Origin: Acidobacteriota bacterium
GTDB taxonomy: Bacteria > Acidobacteriota > Thermoanaerobaculia > Gp7-AA8
Assembly (NCBI GenBank): GCA_019247495.1
Contig: JAFAOU010000033.1
Span: 14,595-78,594, forward strand
DNA length: 64,000 bases
Reading direction: 5' to 3'
A program made the translations under genes and the position numbers. Shown here piece by piece: positions 63,485-64,000 of this stretch; position 1 is the first letter of the stretch; the number at the start of each line of letters is the position of its first letter. A model generated the notes under the pieces. The model saw only the letters and a list, made by a program, of their open reading frames with translations, searched no databases and was not told the DNA's origin.

Positions 63485-63989
63485 GTTCATCGCCGGGCTC
63501 GCGCTCGGCGTGGCGATCTGGTGGGCGGCAACGCCCATGTACAACCGGGCGCTCGCGCCGCCGACGCAACTGCTGCTGCATGTGGATCGCAGACTTGCGG
63601 ACGCCGTTCTCGTGCCGCAGGAGCGCAAGATCTTCGTCACCTCGGCCACGCCGCTGCCGACGGCGACGATGCCGGCCGATCAGCTCACGTACAACATCAT
63701 CCTGTTGCTGGCGCTCTTCGCATCGAACGAGCGGGCGTGGCGATTCGCAAATGTCCGCGGACTGGTCATCGCACTCGCGATTCTTTTCGTCTCGCACTGC
63801 ATCGGTCTCGTGATCTCGATCGAATCGACATACGCGATGCGGCAAGGCGCGTGGAGCGACCAACACTACGGCGATGCCGCGGCAAATTTCTGGCTGACCG
63901 CGGAGCTGGTCTTCCGGATCGTGGGGATGTTCGGCGTCGTCTTCGCGTCGTGGTGGGCGCTCAGTCACTCGAAGAGCGTGTCGACGTAG
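63465..63989 (+). CDS. Integral membrane protein overlapping the exosortase gene (possible exosortase-associated partner)
   Basis: 174 aa, 4 TM. 20-nt overlap with the upstream gene. No family recognised. Confidence 0.45.
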   Translation: MLLRALRFIAGLALGVAIWWAATPMYNRALAPPTQLLLHVDRRLADAVLVPQERKIFVTSATPLPTATMPADQLTYNIILLLALFASNERAWRFANVRGLVIALAILFVSHCIGLVISIESTYAMRQGAWSDQHYGDAAANFWLTAELVFRIVGMFGVVFASWWALSHSKSVST

Positions 63990-64000
63990 GCTGACGGATC

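Overview
GC-rich bacterial chromosomal segment. The gene content (a CarboxypepD_reg-type TonB-dependent receptor, a CadC-like regulator, BlaI/BlaR1, retropepsin-like proteases, STAS/PP2C parts) looks Acidobacteriota-like, but this is inference only. No database search was possible, and all functions are assigned from motifs I recognise by eye.

I support about 78 protein genes, several with starts re-trimmed from the ORF track. Four coding features are missing from the track: an edge-truncated cytochrome b, a 52-aa antitoxin-like sORF, a 46-aa acidic sORF and a 44-aa membrane sORF. There is one tRNA-Arg(CCT), and no rRNA, CRISPR, transposase or integrase.

Core content:
- nuoA-nuoE-nuoF, mutS, recO, fused aroD-aroE and trpE.
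- A complete tolQ-tolR-tolA-like-tolB-pal-cpoB cluster followed by rpsT.
- tdh, pfk, an RluB-type pseudouridine synthase and hemW.
- Envelope redox genes: a thioredoxin-like protein, dsbD and a DsbA-like protein.
- Many signalling parts: two STAS proteins, a PP2C phosphatase, HD-GYP, PilZ, an NtrC-like EBP, a LuxR-type two-component pair and BlaI/BlaR1.

The most unusual property is non-genic. The window is saturated with short hairpin repeats whose arms are tandem 7-10-mers. There are at least 5 sequence-unrelated families of this design, plus a simple GCACAGACA hairpin family and 5 larger nested palindromic MITE-like elements.
- One family, (GGGAGTC)n, has arms free of stop codons in every frame. 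It sits in-frame inside mutS and inside the TolA-like linker, and forms the 3' end of the pseudouridine synthase gene.
- Other families appear to donate the start codon and N-terminus of secreted proteins.

System-like candidates worth follow-up:
- An orphan sigma-54 EBP divergent from three small uncharacterised ORFs.
- A duplicated module pairing an unknown exported protein with a STAS protein.
- A reverse-order zeta-kinase/small-protein pair.
- An HD-GYP-Roadblock-YHS operon.
- A pseudo-protease/protease tandem.
- A small exosortase pair at the window end.

None of these is proven. I did not find an unambiguous novel multi-gene system.
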